From Antedon mediterranea (lineage: Eukaryota; Animalia; Echinodermata), in the NCBI RefSeq assembly GCF_964355755.1, contig NC_092670.1:11332795-11396794 (forward strand): a stretch of 64,000 bases of DNA, read 5' to 3'. The position numbers and the translations under genes were made by a program. The notes below the pieces were generated by a model. That model was given only the letters and a program-made list of their open reading frames with translations. It made no database searches and was not told where the DNA came from. Positions 63,269 through 64,000 of the stretch are shown here, piece by piece (the first letter of the stretch is position 1; each line of letters opens with the position of its first letter).

Positions 63269-64000
63269 ATTGTTAATATAATAAAGAATTAAACAAAATT
63301 GAAGGCCTACTAACAGTGGGTGACTTAGACGAACCGACTGAACTCTTGCACCGTCCAAGTCAAAAAGCAAGTGTAAGATTTTCTAAAACGGTAGGCGCGC
63401 CTACATTGCTGACCTGTCACAAAGTGGCGCTATAACGTTTACCGGTTATTGAAACGTTGATATAAAATAATTTAATTAACTAGGTCATACGATCAACCTT
63501 CACAATAATCTATTCTTTTACTACCCATAAAAAATAAATAGGCTTCCTATCTAACACCATTTTAATCACAAATTATAATGCTTATCGGTAACGTACTTTT
63601 GATAAAAGTATAAATCACCGGTGTATGGAAAGTGCCAGCATGGTTAGGCTGCGGCCATACGGCGAATTATGCATAATTTGTACTTCGCCGCTGTATGCAA
63701 ATTTCTCCATCAAAAATTGTATGAAGCGCCAGGGTATTAATCACTATTTTTTAGTCTTAATAAAAAATCAAGCAATCCAAAGTACAGTAATACAATAAAA
63801 TAGTGTCTTTCTACAGCATGTGAACTAAGCGTTTTGCTGGAGTCATTCAGAGAGAAATGGGAAAGCTTGTAGCAACATAAGATCACGTACATTGATAAAT
63901 TTAGGAAGGGTGAAGAAAGATTGAAAAAAAGAGAAAGAAATGGAGGATGGAAAGAGGGACTAAATTCAAGAAATTGCTGGGGTGGGGAAGGATTTGTGAA

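Overview
AT-rich, intron-rich animal genomic DNA. An invertebrate deuterostome such as an echinoderm is inferred from gene structure and SINE types. Five protein-coding loci are supported: (1) the first two coding exons of an SH3BP5/SH3BP5L-family gene (minus strand, running off the left edge through a 20-bp satellite); (2) an intronless LRR single-pass membrane protein with no recognisable TIR domain, preceded by a perfect NF-kB palindrome; (3) a ~21-exon ADAM17/TACE gene (minus); (4) a ~15-coding-exon GCLC gene (minus) with a GC-AG intron and a canonical antioxidant response element; (5) a two-exon steroid-sulfatase-like arylsulfatase (minus). The introns hold many mobile elements: a young non-autonomous LTR element (609-bp near-identical LTRs, ATAG target duplication) nested in a SINE, a Helentron/HINE-type element, Harbinger-like and Kolobok-like MITEs, tRNA- and 5S-headed SINEs, and minisatellites. 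The most unusual observations are a duplicated splice donor in the ADAM17 transmembrane exon, candidate alternative ADAM17 tails, a Deu-like SINE domain under two different Pol III heads, and CTAG/AGGCCT tracts just inside the 5' ends of two genes. I found no prokaryote-type system such as CRISPR and cannot claim a new multi-gene system. Coordinates were counted by hand and may be off by a few bases.
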